DNA from: Octopus vulgaris
Lineage: Eukaryota
DNA length: 64,000 nt
Assembly: GCA_951406725.2 (NCBI GenBank)
Contig: OX597815.1
Location: 121,954,001-122,018,000, forward strand
Direction of reading: 5' to 3'
Each line of letters opens with the position of its first letter. Position 1 is the stretch's first letter. The translations under genes and the position numbers were made by a program. The notes under the pieces are model-generated. The model worked only from the letters and a program-made list of their open reading frames with translations, was not told where the DNA came from and did no database searches. This document shows positions 40,884-53,179 of the stretch, one piece after another.

Positions 40884-41920
40884 ATATAAACAATATTCTC
40901 CATTTCTCCACAACTAATTTCCAAATTAGCTGAATCCGTTGCTCTACTCATGGCAATATATAGTTAAATTGCGTGAACTTGGAAGAGAGCAGAGGTTACC
41001 AGAGCAAAAGACCTACTTGTTGACTGTAGACATGCTCCTTCACAAACGATCAGCTATTATTTTGTAAACAATGTTTCTTCCTGTTAGAAAACTTATGTGG
41101 CAGGGGCAAAGGCGTGCAAAAACATGTATGCAATAGGTGTATGTACGTATATGTTTGTGTGTGTGTGTTGCCCATATATATATACTTAGTTGTGATCTGA
41201 ACATAACCACTTCTCACACAGAGAATAGGGGGCCCTTTTGAGCATTCTATTTTCCTTGCTGGAAGAGTTCTCAACCCATGGGCAAAGTGGGGTTACATGA
41301 TGGGGATGGTGTTTTCAAAAGGGTTGGCATATGCAACCTGATCATCTCTGCCAATCAAGCTCCCAACCCATACACTCCTGTCACGACTCTGATTCTGCAG
41401 AACTGGGTTGGGTATGGAAACCAACTTTAAAGTATAAATATAGATGTTTTTGAATCAGCAATGTTCGGTTAAGTCCTATTTGGGGTAAAAAATCTATAAG
41501 CTATTTCCTTATGGAGTTTTCCATTTAATCGGGATAAAAAAAAATCGATAAACTGATTCCTTATAAGACTTCCCACTAAATTTGGTTACACCCCATTTTC
41601 AACCATAACGTCTACCAACTTTGATGTATTTTGTTCAAACTTGATGCCAGCATTACTTAGGACTCATGGGATCTTTGAATGTTTTAAATTCTCTAAAAAC
41701 GAAAAAAAAAAAAAATCGATGAGTGGAAAAAATCGATAAACCGATTCCTTATAGGATTTCCCAATCAAATTGTCTGCAAAATTTAAGCCAAAAGTTTACC
41801 AATCTCAACGGATTTCACTCAAATTTGATGTTGATATTACTTAGTTTGCTTTGAAATAAAGAGCTTGATTAGCTTAATAATCCTAGCTTAATCCCGAGCA
41901 AAGCCGGGCTATGCTGCTAG
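40360..41920 (+). mobile_element. Probable non-autonomous Helitron
   Basis: 3' hairpin cccgagcaaagccggg (41893-41908), then 8 nt, then CTAG (41917-41920) followed by T. The 5' region tactctgttatctgtaaggcagg+(TG)n resembles Helitron 5' ends, but the exact start is uncertain. Internal imperfect repeats aaaaatcgataaac.gattccttata. Confidence 0.65.
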
Positions 41921-42514
41921 TCAGGGCCTGTTTTTTCTGACTCATGGAATTTTGTATCAGACAACATTTATTTTATAGCTGGATGTTTTTCTTTCACCAA
42001 CCCTCTCTTATTTCCAAGAAGGGTAATATTTCCTTATGGCTAGGCATATTTTTGCAGGTTATTGAAATTAAATGTCACAGCTTATGTGACAATGGCAATC
42101 ATTTACAACTGTCATGAGATGCAAAGATGAGAAAATACAAATATACACAAATTCACACATACACATGCTCATACATGCACACACATGCTTATACACACAC
42201 GTGTACACACAGACACATGCACAAGCACACACACAATTCCTTTTGATACAACACAAAAAACATACAAATAAATTTAAAACTGTGCTTTGCTGGCATGCTA
42301 TATTTCCATTCACTTTTGATGTTTAAGCATTTGATATGTTTGTGTGTATGTCTACACAAGTGCACGTAGATGTGTGTGTGTATATATGAGTGAATTTTTT
42401 TTATTCTTCCACCACGGTTCTCTTTCTTCTGCCTTCCCTCCGCCCACTAAGACACTTTAGCAAGACTGAAAATAAATAAATAAATATATATATACACACA
42501 CAACAAAATTTATC

Positions 42515-42564
<50 letters not shown>

Positions 42565-42570
<6 letters not shown>

Positions 42571-43024
42571 TAATAATATAAATAATATATTAATATATGT
42601 ATATATACATACATATATGTACATACCTACATCTATATGTATATATACATGCATATATGGGTACAGGACATCAAAAACAAAAAACGTTGAACACAATGAG
42701 AAACGAAAACATAGAAACAAAAATATGGAAACAAACTTTTTTCAACCGACGAAAAAACACCTTCGATATGCGGAGTAGATGAAAAGGGACAACGGAAGAA
42801 GGGGAATATTCCTTGTGTTGTATGTCTTGTTGTCTGTTTTTCGTTGTTTGAAAAAGAAGTTTGTGTCCATGTTTTTGTTTTTGTTTTCGTTTCTCATTAT
42901 TGTGTTCAACGTTTTTTTGATGTCCTGTACCCATATATGCATGTATATATACATATAGATGTAGGTATGTACATATATGTATGTATATATGCATATATTT
43001 ATATATTATTTATATTATTATATG
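42565..43024. repeat. Foldback element, arms about 190 bp (42565-42759 / 42836-43024)
   Basis: catatatgtacatacctacatctatatgtatatatacatgcatatatgggtacaggacatcaaaaa...aacgttgaacacaat is inverted on the right. The right arm is homologous to 16020-16250. Confidence 0.9.
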
Positions 43025-43066
43025 ATCGAACGCCATGCATCCTTTTCCAAGTAAGTTTTATCTATA

Positions 43067-43106
<40 letters not shown>

Positions 43107-43137
43107 TATGTGTGTGTGTGTGTGTGTGTGTGCATGA

Positions 43138-43463
43138 AGGTGCATGGCTCAGTGGTTAGAGTGTCGAGCTTATGGTCGTGAGGTTGTGAGTTCGAATGCC
43201 AGACCGGGCTGCGTGTTGTGTTCTTGAGGAAGACTCTTTATTTCACGTTGTTCCAGTTCACTCTGCTGTAGAAATGAGTTGCAATGTCATAGGGGCCAAG
43301 CTGTATCGGCCTTTGCTTTTCCCTTGGATAACACTGGTGGCGTGGAGAGGGGAATCCGGTATGCATGGGTGACTGCTGGTTTTCCATAAACAACCTTGCC
43401 CGGACTTGTGCCTGGGAGGGTTACTTTCTAGGTGCAATCCTACGGTCAGTCATGACCGAAGGG

Positions 43464-43465
<2 letters not shown>
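43138..43465 (+). mobile_element. tRNA-derived SINE family D
   Basis: A box tggctcagtgg, B box gttcgaatgcc, then a CORE-like gttgtgttcttgaggaagac and a non-tRNA body. Confidence 0.8.
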
Positions 43466-43543
<78 letters not shown>

Positions 43544-43562
43544 AATGCATATATATATATAC

Positions 43563-43607
<45 letters not shown>

Positions 43608-43807
43608 ATAATAAATATTAGGGAATGAATCCAAAATTACAGGGAAAAATCAGATTTAGGGTTAAATCCAATTTTATAGTAAAATATTATATAATATAAT
43701 TCGAGACAAAACCACTATTTTAAAAACCAAACAAGGAAAGACTTAATCAATACATAAAATTTTAATACATATCAATACACACACACACATATATATCTAC
43801 ATCTGTA

Positions 43808-43847
<40 letters not shown>

Positions 43848-44137
43848 CAAGGAATATTCCCCTTCTTCCGTTGTCCCTTTTCATCTACTCCGCATATCGA
43901 AGGTGTTTTTTCGTCGGTTGAAAAAAGTTTGTTTCCGTATTTTTGTTTCTATGTTTTCGTTTCTCATTGTGTTCAACGTTTTTGTTTTTGATGTCCTGTA
44001 CATATTAAAATTTTATGTATTGATTAAGTCTTTCCTTGTTTGGTTTTTAAAATAGTGGTTTTGTTTCGAATTATATTATATATATATACATATATATATA
44101 TACATATATACACACACATGCATATATACATATATAC

Positions 44138-44190
<53 letters not shown>

Positions 44191-44929
44191 TACAGATGTA
44201 GATATATATGTGTGTGTGTGTATTGATATGTATGTACAGATATATGCATATATGCACAAGCTCATACACATAAATATGCACACACATAGCTTTTAACAAG
44301 TAAAATACTTCTTTTGCTACCCTGTGTTTTTGAAATGATATCCTTTCTCTGTTCTTGTTTTCATTTTAGTGTACTCATTGTTCATGCAACCTGATCATTA
44401 ACACTACTGTTGCTGCTATCATCAGTGTAAACAGAAAATGTAATTGTGAAACTATGAAGCACTATGAGCAGTATCAATTCATTTCTGTTAGAGCAATTAT
44501 ATTTTGTTCCAGTGTACCTATGCCATCCATCAAAAATAACAGCATGTGGAATTGATATTTTGTTAAGTACTTGTTATCCTTAAATTGTTTTGAAGTGTGA
44601 GATTTTTATATATATTTTTTTCATTGATATGTCTGATCCCAGTTTCATATAACGATGAAAATTGTATGATACATTATAATATAAAGTAATGAATTTAATT
44701 ATCAATCCTTCACTAATTATCACTAATCTATTTATAAGATTATAAAACAATGTGCACGCTATAAATAAAATCTATATTGACAATATGACTAAGTTGCAAT
44801 CTAAATTTATAATCTGTCATACTAATGTCGCAATCTACAACAATATTTACAACATTATATAATATGATTTAAGTTAAATTCATTGATAGCATTTCATGTT
44901 TCATAATAAAGCAAAGGCTTCATTATGTT

Positions 44930-45190
44930 GACCAGTAATAAAATCACATGAAAAATAGTCCCAGTAATAAAGTTACAATTTTGGCTAGGAAAAAAAGTTA
45001 CAATTAATTTATGGTGGCCGGTAACAAAGTCACAGGAAAAAAAAGTCACAATTAATTTATGGGATCCAGACACAACTCCTCTAGGACAAAATCCCCTCAG
45101 ACTAAACCCTGCCAAACAAAACCCCTGCGACTTTTTTTCCTGTGACTTTTTTCTGTGACTTTTATTCCATGGACTTTTTTACCTGGATTC
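44930..45190. mobile_element. DNA-transposon terminal remnant with subterminal repeats
   Basis: Repeats gtaa.aaagtcaca/ggaaaaaaagt.aca on the left and the inverse tgtgacttttt on the right, ending acctggattc. Confidence 0.5.
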
Positions 45191-45211
45191 TTCATTACAA
45201 CATCGTATTTA

Positions 45212-46099
45212 CTAGGTGCACTCCAGAAGGTTTGAGACTTTTGAGGTGAGGCAGTTATTAATGTCCTAGATTATTATAATTTTAGTATTATCATAACTAT
45301 ACATATAGTAAACTGACCTGCCAACTTTCGTCATTCCAGGCTGAAGGAGACAGCTGTAACGGTACTTTGAGCACATCTTATTAAACACTGCTTGTTACAG
45401 CTGAGTTGTTTGCAGAATGCAGTCTGGATTAAAGTCCTGTTTAAGCTGGGTTAAAAACTCTACAAAATCCTATGAAATACTCCAGACTGCTTATGGATTG
45501 GCTTTTTGACTAGCACAAGAGGTTCAAGGCAAGTAGATAAAAGACAAGAGACAATGAAAGGTGTGGAAAGGAGAGAGATCTCAGAAACTCAGAGCTGGTT
45601 GAGAAAATTCACAATTTTCTGGATGAAGACTACTGTGTGTCTATAAAGACAATAAGCATACAGTTTGGAGTTGGTTTAGTAACTGTACCCAGAACTATTC
45701 ATGAAGATCTGAACGTGTGCAAAATTTATGTGAAGTTTGTTCTCAGGGTGCTCAGTGGTGAGAATTTTGGTAACCAACTACTTGGCAGAGATGGACATTA
45801 AAACTGTGCCTTGCCCTTCCTACAGTCCAGACTTTGCTTTCTCTAACATTTGGTTGTTCCCCAAGCTGAAGGAGAACCTCAAAAGCAATCAGTTTGAAGA
45901 TGAAGAAGGTTATGACAAGGGTCCTGGACACCTTCAATTTGGAGGACTTCTATGGGCTTTTCGTGAAGTGGATGGAACATTACAACAAGTGCAATGAAGT
46001 CAGGATATCCTACTTTGAAGGAGATTAGTGTTTTGTACTTCTTTGAAATTAATAACTGTATCTCCTGAAAAAGTCTGAAGACTTCTGGAATGCAACTCA
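45212..46099 (+). mobile_element. Internally deleted, decayed mariner
   Basis: TA flanks. TIRs ctaggtgcactccagaagg.. / ..acttctggaatgcaactca. Translation VPCPSYSPDFAFSNIWLFPKLKENLK (YSPDLAP motif). Confidence 0.8.
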
Positions 46100-46934
46100 T
46101 ATATTTCATAGTACTATACAGTTTGAGAGTTTCAGTTTGGTAGAATAATTACACACATGAAATATTTTTAGTTATAATCTTTTACATTCTGAGTTCAAAT
46201 CCTGCCAGGATCCACTTTGCCTTTTATCCTTCTGTGGCGAATAAACAATGTACCATAAAAAGTTCTTGGGGTTGATATAGTCAACAGTTCTCTCGCCATC
46301 ATAAAAAAATTCTTGCCTTTTATGCTTATGAAATAAATATGTAAATAGCAATTTTTTCATCTCACATTATATTTCATATTACATTTCAAACAGCTGCAGT
46401 CTAGCAATTCATTCACATTATTTCATAATGTGGTAGACAATTTAGTTTACAGCAATATGTACACTTTATGCTATTTCATAGAATGCAGTTTACAATAATA
46501 TTTATATAATTTCACAATATGATATAGATTGTAGTTTACAATAACACTCACAGTATATTATAATACTGAACAGATAAAAGTTTACATCAAATATTTACAA
46601 CATTCTTCTCAAGATATAAGATGCAGAATAGGACAAATCAATCCTTTTACTATATTTTGAGACATGAATTATTTGTGGATTAAATCTAAAAGTTCTCAAT
46701 GAATAATATTGTTATTAATTAGTAACTTTCTGACTTTACTATTCTTAGGTCTACTTTGTGCCATATATAGTTGGATATGACAAAATACAGACTTTGGTAA
46801 ATATATTTGAACTATAGCAATTGACTGATCTTATAGCTTGTTTATTGTCACAACAAAGGAAAGGATAATAGAGAACTGCTTTCTTTTCAGTGTATAGGGC
46901 AGTGCTGAATCTCTTGAAGTTAAATGCACTTTAA

Positions 46935-47147
46935 CCCTTTAGATACCAACCCACCCAAAACCTCCCTTGGTTCTATGATACAAACTTTCCATACTGAAGC
47001 GATCTAAATTAAAACCTTCCATCAAAATTTCATGTTAATTTATGTTCCAAATATCAGTTTAATAACAACAGAGTTATTTTAATAAATTTTTCAAAATTAA
47101 CTGAAACAAATGCTGAGTAGTTAAAAAAAAATGTGGTAACAAAAGAG
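46935..47147. mobile_element. TTAA-flanked MITE inserted in the Helitron helicase
   Basis: TTAA at 46931-46934 and 47148-47151. TIRs ccctttagatacca / tggtaacaaaagag. Confidence 0.88.
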
Positions 47148-47154
47148 TTAAGTA

Positions 47155-48445
47155 CGAGGGACGTTCAATAAGTAATGCCTCTGACCCACTTGCAGTTGTT
47201 TGATCTAGCTGAAATTTTGCATGTGCAATCATTTATATCTCTATAGAGTAAGTGGCAAATTACAGCTCTGAATTAATTGTGGTTTCTGATTTACAGGTGT
47301 TTGAACCGAGTCAAGTGTGAAATGGAGCCTGTTGAGTGTCGAGCAGTGATCCGGTTTTTGTATTTGAAAGGACGCACATCACGGGAGACTTTTGATGAAA
47401 TGAAAGTAACTTATGGTGATGATGCCCCATCATATGACCTTGTAAAACGCTGGCATCGTGAATTCAAACATGGTCGGAACTCTGTGGAAACAGCTCCCAG
47501 ATCTGGTCGCCCCCTTCTACCATTGATGAGGCATCTGTCCGTCAAGTTGAGGCTGCCATTTTGGAAGATCGACACATAATTATTCGCCAAATAGCCCATG
47601 AGGTCAAGATTAGTACCGGGTCTGTGGAAACTATCATTCATGACCATTTGCATATGCAAAAGGTGTCTGCCAGATGGATTCCCAGGTTGCTCATGCCTTT
47701 CCAGAAGCAAGAATGCATCGAGTGCTCAAGGGTGAATTTGGAGATGTGCCAAGAAGATGAGTCAAAATTTTTCAAAAGACTGATTACACAGGATGAAACC
47801 TGGGTCCATCACGATGATCCAGAGACCAAAGCCCAGTCAATGCAGTGGAAGCACCGTGACTCACCTCCTCCAAAGAAGGCAAGGGTGCAGCCCTCCGCTG
47901 GCAAGGTCATGCTCACAGTCTTCTGGGACCAGGACGGAGTAGTGATGACAGATTTCCTGGCAAAGGGTACCACAATTGCAGGAGCCTATTATGCTTCACT
48001 TTTGAGGAAATTAAGAGAAGTTATCAAAATCAAGAGGCGGGGCAAGATCAGCAAAGGCATCCTCCTCCTGCAGGACAACGCTCCGGTCCACAACTCGCTT
48101 GTCGCCAGATCAGAAGCACAGGCGTATGGCTATGAACTCCTCCCCATCCCCCCTACTTTCCTGACCTTGCACCCTCTGATTTTCACCTCTTCCCAATCAT
48201 GAAGTTGTTTTTGAAAGGAAAGCGTTTCCCAGATGATGCAGCCTTGATTTCTGAAGTCACGTTGAGGTTGGAGGACCAAGCTGGGTTCTTCTACAAAAAC
48301 GGTCTCCAGAGCCGCATCAAACGATGGGAGAAATGCGTAACTCTGGATGGTTCCTATGTAGAAAAAGACTAATAACTGTGCCAAGTTTCGTTGCTCTACT
48401 GCTATGGGAAGTGGGTCAGGGGCATTACTTATTGAACGCCCCTCG
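47155..48445 (+). mobile_element. Full-length mariner (DD34D) element, 1291 bp
   Basis: TA TSD at 47153-54 and 48446-47. 37-bp TIRs cgaggg(a/g)cgttcaataagtaatgcc(t/c)ctgacccactt with 2 mismatches. Confidence 0.97.
47322..48372 (+). pseudogene. Mariner transposase with two frameshifts (about 47515 and about 48145)
   Basis: MEPVECRAVIRFL..HTH..GRP; WIPRLL; ITQDETWV; LQDNAPVH + 34 aa + (P)DLAPSDFHLF; ends WEKCVTLDGSYVEKD*. Confidence 0.93.
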
Positions 48446-51400
48446 TATTCTCATCTTTTCTGTAGCCAATGATAATTTCTACTTATACAGTGGCTTGCAA
48501 AAACTCTGGAAAATAAGTCTAGTACCATCTATTACATTTTTCCTAGGTCTAAGGTTATGCATCAACATTATATTTGAACCTACTTTTAGCTCATGGGGAG
48601 GGAATCCATCATTATCATCATCATCATCATCATCATCATTAGCGTCCATTGTCCATGCTGGCATGGGTTGGATGGTTTGACCAGGGCTGGCAAGCTGAAA
48701 GGCTGCACCAGACTCCAGTCTAATTTGGCATGGATTCTATGGCTGGATGCCCTTCCTAATGCTGAGTAAATTGGTTTGAAATTTTTGTGTTCATTCACAA
48801 CTTACCCATCATCTCTGCCCGCAATGGTGTCTCCTCTCTCATATTCAGTCATTTTACCTAGCAAAAGACTCATAAATCTCTTAATATTGAGATTATTTTC
48901 TTTCAAATGTATTCACTGTAATCGTTATAAACATTGTCAAGGAAAATTCTCATATAACCTTTTGTGATATCACATCTGATACTATTTCAAAGATGTTTGC
49001 ATCTAAATCATTTTCATTACACCATTTCCTGTCTGCAGCAACCACCAGTTGACTGTTATGTTACCATGTGATCTCATGCTGAAGGAGAGTCTGAGAGACT
49101 TCACATACTTCCATAATGATGAGTACATATTGGTATTGGAACCTCTTGGTACTACACATACCGTTTGACAAAAGATTCCACCAAAAAGTATTTTTCTCTA
49201 ATCCTGATTATGGCTTTTAGCAGAATAGCTATTATATGTTGTGTGATCCCAAAAAGCATTGGAATTGTATCTATGAACATCAGAGTAACATTAGAAAAAC
49301 AATCTTTTAAGGGTATTTTGATGACATTTGCATGGATCATAATGATATTTTAATGGTGGCTACAGGGATATAAAGTCCACTGTAAGCTGTCTTGACATTT
49401 TGCAGCATATCAGCAGCAATGTCAGTTATTGCTTAAGGAAGAACATTCCTGCCATCATCATCATCATTATCACTATCATCATCATCATCCTCATTTAACA
49501 TCCATGTTCCATGCTAGCATAGGTTATCCTGAAAGTGTGTTGTGCAGGTATGTTTTACTTGCCTCCCCACTCCTTCCAGGGGCCATCAAGGAAGTAGAGT
49601 TGATGTTCTGCATCCTTATCTAAACTTTCTATGATACTGTCAAATATGTGACATTGCTGTCCATTTAATCTTTGTATTTTAATATCAGCATCAGTAGTAT
49701 TCTCCACATGAACTTCATTGATATCCTCACATTCAGGTAATTCGAAGTTGTGACAATACAGACTGTGGTTAATAAGTTTTCCTTGAATATCATGTCATGC
49801 AAAGTTGTGAGCTTTATCACGTTTTGCCCACTGTTATGGAATCCTAAATAAACTGCTGAAATTGTCAAAGAGGATCACTGGTCTGTTTAGAGTACGAGAT
49901 AATCTTTTATCTTTTATGTTTTACTTATTTTAGTTATTAAACAGCAGCCATATTGGGGCACCACTTTGAAATATTGTTGAACAAATCAACCCCAGTATCT
50001 ATTTTTATGTTTGGTACTTATTTTATTGGTCTCTTTTACTGAACCTCTAAATTATGAAGACATAAACAAACCAACATTAGTTGTCAAGCAATAAAGATGA
50101 CAAACATAAACACACAAATAAACGTTCATATAGGTACATGAATGTATATGATTAGCTTCTTTACAGTTTCCATTGATCAATTCACAAGGTATTGGTCACC
50201 CAATGTGCTGTACAGTAGGACTGAACCTGAAACTACAAGATGCAAAGCAATATTCTTAACCATATAGCCACCTAATAGCAAAAAATCCTCTCAGTTAGGG
50301 AAGTATTCTGACTTTTTACTGTTTATGATGTACATCACACCCATTCTTCATCATTATTTAGCCGAATTCAGTTTCCAGTTACTACTTTTGTAAGTGCTGT
50401 GATACCACAGTCATTAGTGCAAATGTCTTCAAAGCTTTTGGCACCTTTTACATGGAATAATAATAATTTTAGAATCTGTTTCCTTTGGATCTTCTGCATA
50501 TATTCAAGGGATTATTTTATCTCTTTCATATATTCTCTGTTTCTATGTTATTCTTTTGTCAAAGACACAATAGTAAGGAATTTTAAAGCCTGATATCAGT
50601 TTCATTTAGTGTGGAGCATGTCATAAAAGGGGTATTTCTGTTTTGGGAATTTTGGAATGGTTCTCTTTCAACACCTTTGAGAAAGTAAAATGGTTGTTTA
50701 TGTCCATGATTAATAGGAGACAATTGTGCTCTATCATGCATTTTATATTACAGCTACCTCTAAATAGCTTTTGGATAACTGACACAATGGCCATTTATGT
50801 AATGCATAATTTCTTCATGAATAAAACATTGCATTCTCATATTTGCACCTGGGCACAATTTATATATGTATCTGAAGATACATTTCACAGAATGAGAAAA
50901 TTTCAGGACTGATGAGGCAGCTGCACCTGTTGTAAGATATATGTTGTCTGGTATAATATTTGGATTGTTAACTTGACCACCAGCTTAACATACTAGTGTA
51001 CAGAAGGTATACCCTCTGCATAGGCTGTTGTACCATTTCTAAAGTTTTTGGGAGATACTTTTAAGAATTTATTATTCTCTTTAGAAAGTGAACTGGAGTT
51101 TGCTTCACTACAAATTCCACATATTTGTCATTCTTTTTGAATAGGCACAGGTTGTCTGTATAGTTAAGAAGCTTGCTTCCCAATCATTTGGTCTTGGGTT
51201 CAGTTCCATTGTGTGGCACCTTGGGAAAATGTCTTCTACTATAGCTGACCAAAGTCTTGTGAGTGAATTTGGCTGATGGAAACTGAAAGAAGCAGGTTGT
51301 ATGCGTATATGTGTGTGTGTGTGAGTGTGTTTCCTTGTCTTACTATCATGTAATGATAGTAAATGAGCATCAATCATAAAAGTGATGTTGTTTATTTTCA

Positions 51401-51757
51401 GTCATCTGTGAAAAATCATGACTGATAATGGAGAATTGGAAGCTGGTGAGAGTTGATGACAGAAATGGCATCTAACTATAGAATATCTACCTCAACAAAT
51501 TCTGTCTGGACCATGCAAACATGGAAAAGTGAACGTTAAATGATAATAGATGTTGTAGAGATTTGGCTCTCTTTATGGATTTAGAATCTCATCAAATATT
51601 TTTTATCATTTTCAGTGGAAGCATTTAAAATCTTTATTTTGTTATATTATGAGTATTCAAACATGAAGTACTTGGTCTTGAAATTCAGTGGAATAACAGA
51701 AGCTTGGACAAATGCAAAGCAGAATCTTGTTACTATGTCTTCAAATAGTGAATCTAA

Positions 51758-51977
51758 CCCTTTTGTTACTAACCCAGCCAAAACTGGCTCTGGCTCTGTT
51801 GTAAAATGTCTTGTTTTCATAAGTTTTGAATAAAGATATTCCACCAAGCCTTATTCACAATTCACGTTCCTAATACTAACTTAATGATAACTAAGTTAGT
51901 TTACTAAATTCTTTGTCATATTTAAAATAATTGAAAGAAACATAGAACATCTCAAAATAAACACAGTAATGAAAGGG
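51758..51977. mobile_element. TTAA-type MITE inserted in the Helitron Rep region
   Basis: (c)taa-cccttttgttact...agtaatgaaaggg-ttaa. Internal similarity to the 31728 and 46935 copies. Confidence 0.8.
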
Positions 51978-52416
51978 TTAAATTGAATTTGAATACTTGA
52001 GATACCAGATCAGAATGATCTGAGATATTTTGTACCAGGAATTTTAATGTAGACTATGATGGGTTGTATGTCAGTAGTAAAAATACAATCAGGTTTTCTA
52101 TATTTTGACACCATTTCTACTGCATTGTAGAAAGCTCTTTCAAGGTACCTGAAATGAAGATGATAATATCTCCAAGCACCCATCTTGTATTTCTTTGTTT
52201 GCAGCATTTGTAAGGGAATTGATATGACCTGTGAAATTTTCTGCTCAAGTGCAGGCATGGCTGTGTGGTAAAGAGCTTGCTTTCCAACCACATGGTTTCA
52301 GGTTCACCCCTGCAGTATGACATCTCAAGCAAGTGTCTTCTGCTGTAACCTTTGGCCAACTAAAGCCTTGTGAGTGCATTTGGTGGACAGAAGCTGAAGC
52401 CTATGTATCAGTGTTT

Positions 52417-52453
<37 letters not shown>

Positions 52454-52456
52454 CGC

Positions 52457-52494
<38 letters not shown>

Positions 52495-53179
52495 ATGTGT
52501 ATGTGCATGCATGTGTGTACATACATGATACTGCATCCTTACCTTGACGTTGTATCATAGTAGTAAATGAGTGTTATCACGATGCAGGCAGTGTCTTTCA
52601 TTTCCAATCTTCTGTGAAAACATGTCTGGTCCTGGGAAAATATTACCTTACTTGAAAACAGGGGAGAGTTGGTAACAAGCATTGCACTTGGCTATAGAAA
52701 ATCTATCTCAACAAATTCCATGAAGTGGGCATTAAACTGAATGATGACAGTTTAAATTATAATCTTAGTGACAACTTGTAAGATCTAATATTTAAATTGG
52801 TGAAACGAGGATGATCTATCTGGCTGGCTCATAAATTATTTCGGATATTCTTGAAAACATCACCATTGAGGAAACTGAACTTTACACTGTTATTAAGCCA
52901 TTTGTAGACTTCACAAGAAAATACTCTGCTCTACAAAATTGAGATATGACAGGAAATTCTCCATAGGGATTTAATGTAATATATCATTTTCTGAAGCAGT
53001 ATTTGTTTTAGAAAATGGTCAAGTCATACCCACCTCATATTCTCATCATTATAATATTTCTGATATTTCTATCACCTTTTGTTTTATTTTTTCATTCTGT
53101 CAGCAGCTCACATATTTGTATTTTCTCACCATGTAACACTTTGTTCTCAAGTTTCATCTTGTAATATTGTTACAACACT

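Larger units (their letters stand above)
46670..53170 (-). pseudogene. Decayed autonomous Helitron RepHel gene (element 1), fragmented by nested insertions
   Basis: In minus-strand order: NIRSYKLSL (about 52.78 kb); RYLERAFYNAVEMVSKYRKPDCIFT...DHSDLVSQVFK (52.0-52.15); STEFQDQVLHV*ILII (Rep EFQKRGLPHAH, about 51.67); VNNPNIIPDNIYL..SVKCIFRYIYK..EEIMHYINGHCVSYPKAI (50.75-51.0); LYFLDGP..SKTYLHNTL (Walker A, about 49.57); VVPRGS..SSLWKYVKSLRL; GFPPHELKVGSNIMLMHNL..DGTRL (48.5-48.6); LPYTLKRKQFSIILSFVVTINKL*DQS...VFCHIQLYMAQSR (46.75-46.93). Confidence 0.9.

Noticed and set aside
43138-43212. tRNA gene
   Set aside because: A and B boxes are present but there is no proper acceptor stem or poly-T terminator, and it continues into a SINE body.
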